Positions 1 to 11,474 of a stretch of DNA of 40,169 nt are shown here, in pieces. Where the stretch lies: the IMG/VR virus record IMGVR_UViG_2693429774_000011; one strand, given 5' to 3'. The notes beneath the pieces are model-generated. The model did no database searches, was not told where the DNA came from, and saw nothing but the letters and a program-made list of their open reading frames with translations. The position numbers and the translations under genes were made by a program. This DNA is from a virus. Lineage: Duplodnaviria; Heunggongvirae; Uroviricota; Caudoviricetes. How positions within the stretch are numbered: the first letter of the stretch is position 1; every line of letters starts with the position of its first letter.

Positions 1-987
1 TCACTTATTAAAATGCCCCCAACGGAAATACATGTCACATGCCATCATAAAATCGTTATGCCAGAGGAATCGACAATAGAAAAAATAGTAAATTAAGCAC
101 GGTACATAGCAGAGTAAAAAATAGGCTTCAAACCAAATCCGCCATTCTACAAGCGTTGCCAATACCGACACCAGCGTAATCCACATCACTTCAATAACCA
201 GCAATATGAATAACCGAAGCCAAAGCGGCTTGGCAAAAAAGGTCGACAACGCATTTTCACTGGAGAAAAACAGATCGATTTCCTGCAAAAAAAGCCTGCC
301 CAGAAAAGCGTACCGCTTGGAGAAGCGCAGAAAAAACAGATTAATCGCCAACACTACGCCACAAAGAATGAGCAATGCAATTATCGATTTAAACGTTAAC
401 CACTGCCCCTCTGTCACAAAAGAATCACTGTTACGCAACGGGCTGATAGTAAGCAGGTTAACAACCGTTGAGATGCACACCGAAAGCAGCACATAGCGAG
501 TCAGACTTTTATATTTTACTTTTTTCGCTACTGAAATAGCGACCTGCTTGACATAACTGGTGCGGATCATCCGAAACAGCAGAAAGATGACCAACGGCCC
601 AAGTAACGAAATCAGGAACAGCGCATATAACGAGGGTAGAAGCTGGTATAGCCCCCAACTCATTGCACTCAACATGATTAACGACAGAAATCCTGCCACC
701 AGAGGTTGTGTAAGAAATAATTCTATTTTGTGGTTCTGCTTTTTCTTAAACCACGAAAAATCGATATTCTTCGTGACGCATTTATAAGCCCAGTACGCCT
801 TGAGATCAAAAATAAAATTATACAGCACCAGAGCCAGAATCCCACTAACTACACCAATATCCTCTGATGGAAAAGTAAACCCTGCATTCTTCCAATAAAA
901 GCCTATCAGAATAAGTCCAATAGCATAAATGTATATCAGATTTCGTTTATCCTGAAAGCGAATAAAAGTTAAATAATCAGGAATCAT
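1..987 (-). CDS. polytopic membrane protein, function unknown (AT-rich, probably horizontally acquired)
   Basis: 328-aa ORF with stop at window edge; about 10 hydrophobic segments; start overlaps stop of the upstream acyltransferase fragment. Confidence 0.6.
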
Positions 988-1327
988 TTGAATACCTTTG
1001 CATCACTAAATGCTTTACGACAATGCATAACTCGTTGCTGATCCACGCCAGCAAAATCATTTAACATATTCCCCAAATAGGGCTTATTACTTATTTCAAG
1101 GAAAGCTACCGGGGTTGGCATATTCAGAAATGTATCGAGAGATTCAGTCCATTTCACCGTATGAGTTAAGTGTAATGAGAGATTTTCTTTGATAATTGAC
1201 GGAGCGACCTCGCTTTTTGCTGTTACGTTCATCAGAACCTGATGCTCTGGCGAAGCGATATCCAGTCCGGCAAGATAATCGCGCATTGCCTGAACGCCGT
1301 CTTCCATCAAACGCGTGTGCCAGGCAC
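984..1327 (-). pseudogene. 5'-truncated acyltransferase gene (FabD-like malonyl-CoA:ACP transacylase, C-terminal fragment) cut by IS3
   Basis: translation carries AWHTRLM (catalytic His), VKWTESL and FLEISNKPYLGNM motifs resembling the FabD C-terminal half; frame runs into the IS3 left inverted repeat at 1328, so the N-terminal part is missing. Confidence 0.55.
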
Positions 1328-1366
1328 TGATCTTACCCAGCAATAGTGGACACGCGGCTAAGTGAG
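1328..1366. repeat. IS3 left terminal inverted repeat
   Basis: TGATCTTACCCAGCAATAGTGGACACGCGGCTAAGTGAG pairs with the reverse complement of 2547-2585. Confidence 0.75.
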
Positions 1367-1392
1367 TAAACTCTCAGTCAGAGGTGACTCAC

Positions 1393-1692
1393 ATGACAAA
1401 AACAGTATCAACCAGTAAAAAACCCCGTAAACAGCATTCGCCTGAATTTCGCAGTGAAGCCCTGAAGCTTGCTGAACGCATCGGTGTTACTGCCGCAGCC
1501 CGTGAACTCAGCCTGTATGAATCACAGCTCTACAACTGGCGCAGTAAACAGCAAAATCAGCAGACGTCTTCTGAACGTGAACTGGAGATGTCTACCGAGA
1601 TTGCACGTCTCAAACGCCAGCTGGCAGAACGGGATGAAGAGCTGGCTATCCTCCAAAAGGCCGCGACATACTTCGCGAAGCGCCTGAAATGA
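1393..1692 (+). CDS. insE: IS3 transposase OrfA (HTH DNA-binding subunit)
   Basis: 99 aa from ATG with GAGGTG RBS; [25 protein letters not shown]... is IS3 OrfA as recalled; the ORF-track GTG start at 1384 is probably spurious. Confidence 0.9.
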   Translation: MTKTVSTSKKPRKQHSPEFRSEALKLAERIGVTAAARELSLYESQLYNWRSKQQNQQTSSERELEMSTEIARLKRQLAERDEELAILQKAATYFAKRLK

Positions 1693-2555
1693 AGTATGTC
1701 TTTATTGAAAAACATCAGGCTGAGTTCAGCATCAAAGCAATGTGCCGCGTGCTCCGGGTGGCCCGCAGCGGCTGGTATACGTGGTGTCAGCGGCGGACAA
1801 GGATAAGCACGCGTCAGCAGTTCCGCCAACACTGCGACAGCGTTGTCCTCGCGGCTTTTACCCGGTCAAAACAGCGTTACGGTGCCCCACGCCTGACGGA
1901 TGAACTGCGTGCTCAGGGTTACCCCTTTAACGTAAAAACCGTGGCGGCAAGCCTGCGCCGTCAGGGACTGAGGGCAAAGGCCTCCCGGAAGTTCAGCCCG
2001 GTCAGCTACCGCGCACACGGCCTGCCTGTGTCAGAAAATCTGTTGGAGCAGGATTTTTACGCCAGTGGCCCGAACCAGAAGTGGGCAGGAGACATCACGT
2101 ACTTACGTACAGATGAAGGCTGGCTGTATCTGGCAGTGGTCATTGACCTGTGGTCACGTGCCGTTATTGGCTGGTCAATGTCGCCACGCATGACGGCGCA
2201 ACTGGCCTGCGATGCCCTGCAGATGGCGCTGTGGTGGCGTAAGAGGCCCCGGAACGTTATCGTTCACACGGACCGTGGAGGCCAGTACTGTTCAGCAGAT
2301 TATCAGGCGCAACTGAAGCGGCATAATCTGCGTGGAAGTATGAGCGCAAAAGGTTGCTGCTACGATAATGCCTGCGTGGAAAGCTTCTTTCATTCGCTGA
2401 AAGTGGAATGTATCCATGGAGAACACTTTATCAGCCGGGAAATAATGCGGGCAACGGTGTTTAATTATATCGAATGTGATTACAATCGGTGGCGGCGGCA
2501 CAGTTGGTGTGGCGGCCTCAGTCCGGAACAATTTGAAAACCAGAACCTCGCTTAG
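1689..2555 (+). CDS. insF: IS3 transposase OrfB (DDE catalytic subunit, expressed as OrfAB by -1 frameshift)
   Basis: 288 aa, integrase-core motifs, start overlaps orfA stop (ATGA). Confidence 0.9.
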   Translation: MKYVFIEKHQAEFSIKAMCRVLRVARSGWYTWCQRRTRISTRQQFRQHCDSVVLAAFTRSKQRYGAPRLTDELRAQGYPFNVKTVAASLRRQGLRAKASRKFSPVSYRAHGLPVSENLLEQDFYASGPNQKWAGDITYLRTDEGWLYLAVVIDLWSRAVIGWSMSPRMTAQLACDALQMALWWRKRPRNVIVHTDRGGQYCSADYQAQLKRHNLRGSMSAKGCCYDNACVESFFHSLKVECIHGEHFISREIMRATVFNYIECDYNRWRRHSWCGGLSPEQFENQNLA

Positions 2556-2585
2556 GCCTGTGTCCATATTACGTGGGTAGGATCA
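2547..2585. repeat. IS3 right terminal inverted repeat
   Basis: CTCGCTTAGGCCTGTGTCCATATTACGTGGGTAGGATCA, imperfect reverse complement of the left end. Confidence 0.75.
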
Positions 2586-2800
2586 CAATGTCTAAAAGAA
2601 TAATGGTGACCGATAAGAAAACGACTGAATAACTGCAGATTTTCGCTCGAAACCTTCCTGTCAGATCCATAGCGAATCAAGTGCTGAATGTCACAGTATC
2701 GAACAGAAAACAGTGACGATCTAACCCTTCAAGAATATTCTACGATTGTTCTGTTTAGGAAAAGCAAGGCGGGAAGTCGGGAGATAAGTCATTGATAAAG

Positions 2801-2866
2801 TGGCGGAGAGAGGGGGATTTGCCCCCCCGGTAGAGTTGCCCCTACTCCGGTTTTCGAGACCGGTCC
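2801..2866 (-). other. prophage attachment-site remnant: 3' about 66 nt of a tRNA-Ser (serU-like), 5' half absent
   Basis: minus strand reads GGACCGGTCTCGAAAACCGGAGTAGGGGCAACTCTACCGGGGGGGCAAATCCCCCTCTCTCCGCCA, matching the anticodon-arm-to-CCA part of E. coli tRNA-Ser(CGA) as recalled, except T-loop TT to GG; truncated side faces the prophage. Confidence 0.65.
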
Positions 2867-2946
2867 AATCATCAAACGAAACATAAAATTAATTCACATT
2901 ATGAGGAAAAGTATCTTTTTTGTACTATGTAAATTCAAAGACTTAG

Positions 2947-4498
<1,552 letters not shown>

Positions 4499-4500
<2 letters not shown>

Positions 4501-4844
4501 GGTTTGAGAGAAGGTTCATTTGGGTTCAGAAATCTGGTTGCCTTCACAACGGCTGGAGTAACAAGCTGGACTGTTCCTGAAGAGTTGCGCAAAGGAAGAA
4601 AATGTTACGTCAAAGTTATTGGTGGCGGTGCGTCAGGAGGGATAGGTTCAACAACCGCTTCAGCCGTTACATGTGGCGGAGGAGGTGGTGGGGGCGGAGT
4701 TGCTGAGGGGCTGGTAGATTTAACTGGTATAAACAGTGTTTCGATTACGGTTGGTACCGGTGGTGCGCCTGTGTCTGGTATTTCTGTAAACGGTAAAAAT
4801 GGTGGCTCGAGCAGTTTCGGGACTTACATGTCAGCTTCCGGAGG
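4499..4844. repeat. inverted-repeat unit B, copy 1 (site right half + first 113 codons of the Gly-rich cassette)
   Basis: reverse complement recurs at 7164-7509 (mapping x to 12008-x); encoded 113 aa identical in both ORFs. Confidence 0.8.
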
Positions 4845-5140
4845 CTATAGCGGAGGCCAGCCTTCCGGAGGGTTAGGCGCAGTTGGTGTCGGGGGAACAA
4901 TTAATACATCGCTTGGGCCAGGTTCTCCAGGTTCCATTGCTTCTGCCGCATCGGGAGCTGGTAATGGTGGTTCTGGTGGTGGCCCCGGAGGAGCAGGTTC
5001 ATTCAGAGATACAGCTAACGGAAAAGCGGTATCAGCAGTTGGGCCTGGAGGTGGCGGAGCTGGATTATGTCCTAATTCATCAACGGGTCAGTCGGGTGCC
5101 GGAGCAGATGGCGCAGTTTATATTTACTGGTGAGGTTCAT

Positions 5141-5311
5141 ATGTGGGCAAGAATTGAAGAAAATAAAGTAGAAGAGATAACGGAAATTAATCCTGAAGGA
5201 AGATTCCATCCATCATTAATATGGAAAGAATGCCCTGCTGACACACAGCAGGGGGATTTATATATTGATGGTGAGTTTATTGCGCAGTCTCCGGCAGTTC
5301 AGGCCAGATAA
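5141..5311 (+). CDS. short ORF downstream of the Gly-rich cassette (possible small fibre chaperone)
   Basis: 56 aa, GAGGT RBS 4 nt after the cassette stop; 3' end overlaps the convergent tfa gene. Confidence 0.3.
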   Translation: MWARIEENKVEEITEINPEGRFHPSLIWKECPADTQQGDLYIDGEFIAQSPAVQAR

Positions 5312-5885
5312 CATCCGGCGCGGTGCTGGTATCTGTTGCCGTCACCGCGTCAATGTAATCCAACACCGTGTTAAGTCGGCTGGTTTCTGACTGCGTCAGA
5401 TTCCGTCCGGCCTGTAATTTCAGCTGAATCAGACTAATGGAAGCCATTGCAGTATCAATCAGTGACTGACGCTGTGCTTCTGCCGCGTCTACTGCGGCGC
5501 TATGCTGTGCCTCAGTATCGGTCACCCATTTCTCACCATCCCATTTATCGTATGGCGTTAATGGGGCGATAGTGGTTGTATTTTCGGGGTGATCACCCGG
5601 TGCTGTGATTTCTTTGGCATCTCCCGTTTCGGTGTTATAGACGATTTCACCGCGATGGTCTGGCACATATTCCCATGAATTTAAATCTACAGAACGGCAA
5701 ATTGTATAACCAGCCTTATATGTACCAGGAGCGTCTAAACAGGAATATGCTGGAATACCGACACCCACTGCAAGATATTCAGTTGATGCAGAAATATATT
5801 CCCGAGTTTCACCATCGTAGTTATAGACGGTAATATTCCCCGCCTTCGTGGCAATAAACTCGCTATTTAATACTGCGTTATCCAT
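5277..5885 (-). CDS. tail fibre assembly protein (Tfa / Mu U / P2 G-like chaperone)
   Basis: 202 aa, typical Tfa composition, immediately downstream of the fibre cassette with the RPRN-type C-terminus. Confidence 0.8.
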   Translation of the reverse strand: MDNAVLNSEFIATKAGNITVYNYDGETREYISASTEYLAVGVGIPAYSCLDAPGTYKAGYTICRSVDLNSWEYVPDHRGEIVYNTETGDAKEITAPGDHPENTTTIAPLTPYDKWDGEKWVTDTEAQHSAAVDAAEAQRQSLIDTAMASISLIQLKLQAGRNLTQSETSRLNTVLDYIDAVTATDTSTAPDVIWPELPETAQ

Positions 5886-6406
5886 TATGCAGCCCTTACG
5901 ATAAAGTTAAATGCAATATTTCGTGGACGGGTCTCACTCCCGCCAGTATTACCGATACTCCCTCGTGAATGAAGTGTCGGTGATGGGATCAGACTCCCTC
6001 CTGTATTTGTGGCATCAAGTCCCCGTCCTTGTGTGTATGTTTTTTTGAAAATCGTAGCCAGTTCCCATTCATCTTTTGTGTCGTAACCATCATTGGCAAC
6101 AACAATATGGCGGTGTTTTTCCAGCATCCCAGCCTGAAGGCTCAATAAAGCACGTCCAGCATCAATACCACGCCCGTCATCCCAGCCACGAATAAACTCA
6201 CCACGTAAATCTGGCAATTTATTTGTCGGGTAAGCCTTTGCCAGTTCCGGGTATTCTTCAGCAGAAAAAGCTGCTCCGTTGCATTTCAGCCAGCCTGTTG
6301 GCGGAGTGGCTGAAGGCCACGGAACAGGGACACCAACAGGTAATGCAGAGCCTTCTCCCAAACCAACGTTTAAGAAAATGCAGAGATTATGGCTAACTGG
6401 CATCAT
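5885..6406 (-). CDS. tail-fibre variable C-terminal cassette 2 (canonical fibre tip), currently silent
   Basis: ends ...GSETRPRNIAFNFIVRAA, the conserved fibre C-terminus of P2 H / Mu S type fibres; first 16 codons are read-through of site s2 and the invertase-B leader. Confidence 0.65.
   Translation of the reverse strand: MMPVSHNLCIFLNVGLGEGSALPVGVPVPWPSATPPTGWLKCNGAAFSAEEYPELAKAYPTNKLPDLRGEFIRGWDDGRGIDAGRALLSLQAGMLEKHRHIVVANDGYDTKDEWELATIFKKTYTQGRGLDATNTGGSLIPSPTLHSRGSIGNTGGSETRPRNIAFNFIVRAA
6353..6378 (+). promoter_or_regulatory. invertase crossover site s2
   Basis: TTCTCCCAAACC-AA-CGTTTAAGAAAA; same orientation as s3, inverted relative to s1. Confidence 0.7.
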
Positions 6407-7163
6407 CCCCGGTTTTTACTCAGGGGAATGCTCATGCTTATTGGCTATGTCCGCGTATCAACAAATAACCAGAATACGGAATTACAGCGTAATGCGCTGG
6501 AGTGTGCAGGATGTGAGCTGATTTTTGAAGACAAGATAAGCGGTACAAAGTCCGACAGACCAGGACTGAAAAAGCTGCTCAGGACATTATCGGCAGGTGA
6601 CACGCTGGTGGTCTGGAAACTGGACCGACTGGGGCGCAGTATGCGGCATCTTGTCGTGCTGGTGGAGGAGTTGCGCGAACGAGGCATCAACTTTCGTAGT
6701 CTGACGGATTCAATTGATACCAGTACCCCAATGGGGCGCTTTTTCTTTCATGTGATGGGTGCCCTGGCTGAAATGGAGCGTGAACTGATTGTTGAACGAA
6801 CAAAAGCTGGACTGGAAGCAACTCGCGCACAGGGACGAATTGGTGGACGTCGTCCCAAACTTACACCAGAACAATGGGCGCAGGCCGGGCGATTAATTGC
6901 ATCAGGCGTTCCTCGCCAAAAGGTGGCGATCATCTATGATGTTGGTATATCGACACTGTATAAGAAGTTTCCGGTCGGAGATAAATGAAACCGTAGCACG
7001 TCGTATGCAAGAAGATCGTGCTGCGGTTTATGCTTATCACTTAAAGACTCAAAAATTAGGTGAGTAACGGACCGGGGACATAGCTCCTTTTTTTCTTAAT
7101 TCATCTGGTATTTTTTTTCCAAGATAAAGATTTGCTATTTCAGGTGGGGCTTCTCGACCTTCA
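6365..7163. repeat. inverted-repeat unit A, copy 2
   Basis: reverse complement of 3702-4500. Confidence 0.8.
6434..6988 (+). CDS. serine DNA invertase, copy B (identical translation to copy A)
   Basis: 184 aa; GGGG RBS 7 nt upstream of the ATG. Confidence 0.9.
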   Translation: MLIGYVRVSTNNQNTELQRNALECAGCELIFEDKISGTKSDRPGLKKLLRTLSAGDTLVVWKLDRLGRSMRHLVVLVEELRERGINFRSLTDSIDTSTPMGRFFFHVMGALAEMERELIVERTKAGLEATRAQGRIGGRRPKLTPEQWAQAGRLIASGVPRQKVAIIYDVGISTLYKKFPVGDK

Positions 7164-7798
7164 CCTCCGGAAGCTGACATGTAAGTCCCGAAACTGCTCG
7201 AGCCACCATTTTTACCGTTTACAGAAATACCAGACACAGGCGCACCACCGGTACCAACCGTAATCGAAACACTGTTTATACCAGTTAAATCTACCAGCCC
7301 CTCAGCAACTCCGCCCCCACCACCTCCTCCGCCACATGTAACGGCTGAAGCGGTTGTTGAACCTATCCCTCCTGACGCACCGCCACCAATAACTTTGACG
7401 TAACATTTTCTTCCTTTGCGCAACTCTTCAGGAACAGTCCAGCTTGTTACTCCAGCCGTTGTGAAGGCAACCAGATTTCTGAACCCAAATGAACCTTCTC
7501 TCAAACCAAGGTTTTCGAGAGCCGTTTGCACAGTGCCATCCGATTTGATATCGCCAAACGGATTCTTGCGGCTTAACAGCAGCGCGCGAAGTGCGGTAAG
7601 TAACTGGTCGTGCCGCCCCTTCTCCAGGCTGGCACCGGATGCCTCCACCACGCTGCAAAGTTCCTCCTGCAACATGTCAAAGTAGTCATCATCCAGATCG
7701 GTGGCAGGCGTGCCGGTCTGGGGGTTACCACGGGTAAAACCGTTCTTACCCGCGCCGAACTTATCCTTCTGCGCGGTTTTCGTGTCTATACGATGCAT
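7049..7798 (-). CDS. tail fibre protein as currently assembled (constant N-terminus + Gly-rich block + 37-aa tail)
   Basis: 249 aa; N-terminal 98 aa constant part, then s3, then unit B, joined in frame at 7163/7164 to the tail ...[37 protein letters not shown]. Confidence 0.7.
   Translation of the reverse strand: MHRIDTKTAQKDKFGAGKNGFTRGNPQTGTPATDLDDDYFDMLQEELCSVVEASGASLEKGRHDQLLTALRALLLSRKNPFGDIKSDGTVQTALENLGLREGSFGFRNLVAFTTAGVTSWTVPEELRKGRKCYVKVIGGGASGGIGSTTASAVTCGGGGGGGGVAEGLVDLTGINSVSITVGTGGAPVSGISVNGKNGGSSSFGTYMSASGGEGREAPPEIANLYLGKKIPDELRKKGAMSPVRYSPNF
7164..7509. repeat. inverted-repeat unit B, copy 2
   Basis: reverse complement of 4499-4844. Confidence 0.8.
7496..7521 (+). promoter_or_regulatory. 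invertase crossover site s3, at the constant/variable boundary of the fibre gene
   Basis: TTCTCTCAAACC-AA-GGTTTTCGAGAG, the best palindrome of the three; resembles hix/gix consensus ...GAAAACC-AA-GGTTTT... Confidence 0.75.
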
Positions 7799-7801
7799 GG
7801 A

Positions 7802-8386
7802 TTACTCCGGATATTTAAAAATTACGTAGGTATGCGACGGGCAGAGTTTGTTAAGCACACACTCGACAACGGTGTCACCCCAGATACGCAGTGCGGAATC
7901 ACAGGGATCGCCACATGTCATCCAGGTGGTGTTGGTGGTGGCTGGCATGTTGACCTGCCAGTAATACCGCCATTCCGGTGCATTCACCGCGTCAGTACAG
8001 GCCGATGAGCAGGTGAAAGTGCTTTTGTCGTATCGCGTGATGGTGGCATCTGGTCTGCCCAGGGCAGCAAGCTGTGCAAGATAAAAATCCTCGTTGATGC
8101 CGCCCGCCAGGTTAACCTTCGCATCCAGCCGTTGCTGACGCTGGCGAAGGGTCTGCGTTCCCGCCGGAATACATTCATCCGGCAGACCGCACAGACGCTC
8201 CCAGCGGTTTATCAGTTCAGTGGTGGTGCGCGGATCCAGCTCCCGCATCAGGGCATCCGCACGCTGATGAACACGGGTTAATGACGGTGCCGCACCGGCA
8301 ATCGCCGGATCGCTGGCTGACCACGCCGGACCGGGCGGCAACAGTGCCGATAACAGGCGGATGTAATCATCGTTTGTCACGTCCAT
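7802..8386 (-). CDS. baseplate / tail protein, Mu gp48 / YmfQ-like
   Basis: 194 aa directly upstream of the fibre gene in a Mu-type baseplate block. Confidence 0.7.
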   Translation of the reverse strand: MDVTNDDYIRLLSALLPPGPAWSASDPAIAGAAPSLTRVHQRADALMRELDPRTTTELINRWERLCGLPDECIPAGTQTLRQRQQRLDAKVNLAGGINEDFYLAQLAALGRPDATITRYDKSTFTCSSACTDAVNAPEWRYYWQVNMPATTNTTWMTCGDPCDSALRIWGDTVVECVLNKLCPSHTYVIFKYPE

Positions 8387-9435
8387 GAAATCGTCCCCAG
8401 TACCGCCAGTTCGTTTTTCGCAATGGAGATATTGTCCACCGGTGCAAGCAACTGATGGCTGTATTCCCCGTTCGCACCGGAAATCGCCTCACTGATACGC
8501 GATACCTTGAGTTCTCCCTGCGGATAACCATCACGCAGCAGGAACGAACGCAACTCCGCGGTAATGGCAGCCCGTATTTCTGGTGTGTCCGGCGTCACGC
8601 GGATATGAAAATCCACCGTATGTGCCACCGGCCTGAATACATACAAATCAGAGCCTGCCACCGGGGCCAGTGGCCAGATATGTTGTCTTGCTGCCGTTTC
8701 CGTTGACTCTTCCGGAATGGGATTAATCAGGTCACTGCTGGCAATCATCACACCGACAGTTCCCGTTCCCATCCAGTGACGGTATGTCCATGCGCGGGTA
8801 ATGCCGGGCACTTCTTTAGCCCAGACGACATAGTCCCCGTCAGCCCCGCCCTGAGGCGTCCAGTAATACCGCTCAATGACGCGGGCGCGCCACGTTTCCA
8901 GCTCTTCAGTATCAAATCCACCTGTCAGGGTATCTGCCACGCCGGAAGACGGCAGACCATTAACCGGCGTGACCAGGATTAATGACGTACCGTCGTCAGC
9001 GTTACCGACCGCGCCTGCACTTGAGCAGGCGATCGGCACGCGCAGGACACCACCGGAGCTGGTTGCATCGGCAGTTGCCGTGTACTGAACCAGGTCATCG
9101 CGCTGAATAACACTCCCGGCGGTCACCTTCAGGCCATCGCTGACACCTTCCCAGCGCATATACCCGCTGGCAGCCGTGGCCCCCTTGCGCGGACACCGTT
9201 TCATCGCAGCATGTCGCGCCAGCCAGGACTCATCGCACAGGTCAGGCAGAATGTTCATTGCCAGATAATCGATGTACCCGTAAACCGTATGCAGCGCCGC
9301 CGCATACACCTTTGCCCGCACGTCTTCATCCATGCGCCGGAGCGTGTCGCTGACGTCCAGCCTGGCGAATAAATCGTTACGGAGCATACTGATATTTTCT
9401 GTCAGCGTCGGGCGCTGAAATTCACTGTCCGCCAT
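8377..9435 (-). CDS. baseplate J-like protein (Mu gp47 type)
   Basis: 352 aa, position and composition. Confidence 0.75.
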   Translation of the reverse strand: MADSEFQRPTLTENISMLRNDLFARLDVSDTLRRMDEDVRAKVYAAALHTVYGYIDYLAMNILPDLCDESWLARHAAMKRCPRKGATAASGYMRWEGVSDGLKVTAGSVIQRDDLVQYTATADATSSGGVLRVPIACSSAGAVGNADDGTSLILVTPVNGLPSSGVADTLTGGFDTEELETWRARVIERYYWTPQGGADGDYVVWAKEVPGITRAWTYRHWMGTGTVGVMIASSDLINPIPEESTETAARQHIWPLAPVAGSDLYVFRPVAHTVDFHIRVTPDTPEIRAAITAELRSFLLRDGYPQGELKVSRISEAISGANGEYSHQLLAPVDNISIAKNELAVLGTISWT

Positions 9436-9850
9436 GCGTTATCGCACTCCACAGATCATCAAAAGAAATCATTACCGGTCCGTCACGACGCCAGAGAGTG
9501 ATACTATTACCCAGTTCATTAATCCCGGTGCGGCGGATATCCAGATCAATACGGGACACCACGCCGTCATCAATCATCCATTGCAGGCATTCGCGGATAT
9601 ACCCCCTTACCGTCTGCACCAGCTGATTGGTCAGTTTGCTGCGCTGAAGCAGCCACAGTCGGGAGCCGTAACGGTCATTCTGTACCGCAGGCCAGGTATC
9701 CCCCCACCATCCCATCGGGACGTCGGCGTTGTCATCAGGCTCCGCCCGCCGCCAGGTAAACAGGGAAATCACCACGGCGCGGGTCAGCGGATCCAGCGGT
9801 GCGCTGGCGCAGGTGCGTTTACCGTTCACCGTCAGCCACAGTTCCATCAT
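9422..9850 (-). CDS. baseplate wedge protein (Mu gp46 / GP46 family)
   Basis: 142 aa, gene order. Confidence 0.65.
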   Translation of the reverse strand: MMELWLTVNGKRTCASAPLDPLTRAVVISLFTWRRAEPDDNADVPMGWWGDTWPAVQNDRYGSRLWLLQRSKLTNQLVQTVRGYIRECLQWMIDDGVVSRIDLDIRRTGINELGNSITLWRRDGPVMISFDDLWSAITHGGQ

Positions 9851-10395
9851 GCCTCCATCGCTTTATCAGGTTTGTCGGTGTTACTGCCCTGACCGTTCTC
9901 TCTGTGACGATGCCCGTTATAGGCAAGCCGCATCGCTGACATGGTGGTGCCGCTGGAGTCGCACAGGTCTTTCACCTGTCCTGTCACTTCTAGGTCCATT
10001 TCAAAACGTGCTTTAGGTGAATTGCGAAACGTGATCGTTTTACCTGCACCGTCCACCACGATCCCCTCCCGGGTCAGCGTCACGGACTGCCCCTGATCGT
10101 CATAGACCGCCACCTCACCCGTCTGCAGCCCTTTCAGGCGGTAGCGCCGGTCCGACACCGTAACAACCACCGCATGAGAACGGTCGCCATCCGGAAACAA
10201 CACCACCGCTTCCGCACCGCTGTTTGCCCTTGCGGTAAAACCGTAGGGTTCAAGATGTTCAACCCCGGCTTTGGGTTCACCGGCAATCAGGGACACATCC
10301 ACGGTCTGACATTTCGTGGCGGCACTGATGCTTTTCACCACTGCCCGCCCAATAAGGCCGAGAAGTTGTCGCTGCATGGCTTCAATCGTCCTCAT
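9847..10395 (-). CDS. baseplate assembly protein V / spike (Mu gp45 type)
   Basis: 182 aa, gene order. Confidence 0.7.
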   Translation of the reverse strand: MRTIEAMQRQLLGLIGRAVVKSISAATKCQTVDVSLIAGEPKAGVEHLEPYGFTARANSGAEAVVLFPDGDRSHAVVVTVSDRRYRLKGLQTGEVAVYDDQGQSVTLTREGIVVDGAGKTITFRNSPKARFEMDLEVTGQVKDLCDSSGTTMSAMRLAYNGHRHRENGQGSNTDKPDKAMEA

Positions 10396-11474
10396 CAGAA
10401 CGGGTCCTCCTGTACTCTGGCTTTTTTCTTTTTCCGCGCGCCGGGGGCTTCGGGTTCAGGCAGATAAGCATCAGGTGGGCCGACACGGATTTCCGTCAGG
10501 GTGCCGTTCTGGTCCTGAGTAAACGTGACTTCCGAGACAAGCAGTTCGGTATTGTCGAAACCACAGACCGGATCGAAGACAATCACCCGCTGGTTGGGCT
10601 GCCACAGCGTACCGTTACCCTGTCGCCAGCCCTGAACCACATAGGTGGTTTCATCCGTCCGCGCCGCCCGTTGTCGGGCTTCAAAGTCCGCACGGGCAAT
10701 ACAGCCTGCCCCCGTAGCCTGCCCTGTCTGCCTGATATACATCGGACGGTAACGGGCAATAAATGCGTCCTCTGTGCGGGCCCGCAGCGCGGTGGTGGTG
10801 GCCTCACCGAAATCATCGTCGTTTCCGGCACGCTGCCCCGCCACCTGGTAAACAGAAAACCGCTCCCGGATACTCTTCTCCGTATCACAGGAAAGGATAT
10901 TTTCCCCAAGTACCAGCGCGGTATGTGCCCGCGTTGAGCCAATACCGCCAATCACCAGCCTGCCGTGCGGGTCGTCGTAAGCCAGTGCCTGCTGCTGACC
11001 GAGTATTTTGTTGATCACCTCAATCACCGTTTCGCCGTGATCAGGCTGGACATCAGGAATAACACCCGACGGCGCACTGTTGTTCACCACCTCAATGCCG
11101 AAAGGCGCAGCAAGCGCCTGCGCAATCTGTACCAGCGATCGTCCGTTAAACTGTGTCGGTTCGGCTGCACAGTCAATCAGGTCAGCGGTCAGACTGCGTC
11201 CGGCAATACCGGTGCTGACCGAACGGGCATCGTAACGAACGGGCGTCGCCTCCACCCAGCCGGTGATCACCAGCTCATCACCAATCAGCACCTCCACTTT
11301 TGAACCGTTTTTAATGCGCGGCTGAAGCGTGGTGATACCCTCATCTCCCGGCCACTGTCGGGTGATCTCCACACTGAAATCCCGCGCCAGCCGTTCAATA
11401 CCGGCACCGATGCGTACCGATGTCCAGCCATTCCACTCCCGGCCATTTACCCGTAGCGTGACATTGTCGTTCAT
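10395..11474 (-). CDS. baseplate hub, late-control-D-like protein (Mu gp44 / P2 gpD type)
   Basis: 359 aa, gene order. Confidence 0.7.
   Translation of the reverse strand: MNDNVTLRVNGREWNGWTSVRIGAGIERLARDFSVEITRQWPGDEGITTLQPRIKNGSKVEVLIGDELVITGWVEATPVRYDARSVSTGIAGRSLTADLIDCAAEPTQFNGRSLVQIAQALAAPFGIEVVNNSAPSGVIPDVQPDHGETVIEVINKILGQQQALAYDDPHGRLVIGGIGSTRAHTALVLGENILSCDTEKSIRERFSVYQVAGQRAGNDDDFGEATTTALRARTEDAFIARYRPMYIRQTGQATGAGCIARADFEARQRAARTDETTYVVQGWRQGNGTLWQPNQRVIVFDPVCGFDNTELLVSEVTFTQDQNGTLTEIRVGPPDAYLPEPEAPGARKKKKARVQEDPF

Larger units (their letters stand above)
1328..2585 (+). mobile_element. IS3 insertion sequence (1258 bp)
   Basis: TGATCTTACCC...GGGTAGGATCA imperfect terminal inverted repeats; orfA/orfB overlap with A-AAA-G frameshift motif at 1655-1659; length matches IS3 as recalled. 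Confidence 0.9.

Noticed and set aside
206-787. Small plus-strand ORFs 206-496 and 560-787
   Set aside because: Antisense to the membrane protein gene in AT-rich DNA; Lys/Asn-rich translations typical of shadow frames.
984-1343. Intact 119-aa gene as given in the ORF track
   Set aside because: The ORF start lies inside the IS3 terminal repeat; the protein is the C-terminal half of a FabD-like acyltransferase, so this is a truncated pseudogene.
2801-2866. Intact tRNA-Ser gene
   Set aside because: Only the 3' part is present; upstream sequence does not continue the tRNA and the T-loop is altered, so it is an att remnant.
4883-5311. 142-aa ORF
   Set aside because: Its first 86 codons are an alternative frame inside the Gly-rich cassette (low-complexity shadow); only the last 56 codons (5141-5311) have an RBS and ATG.
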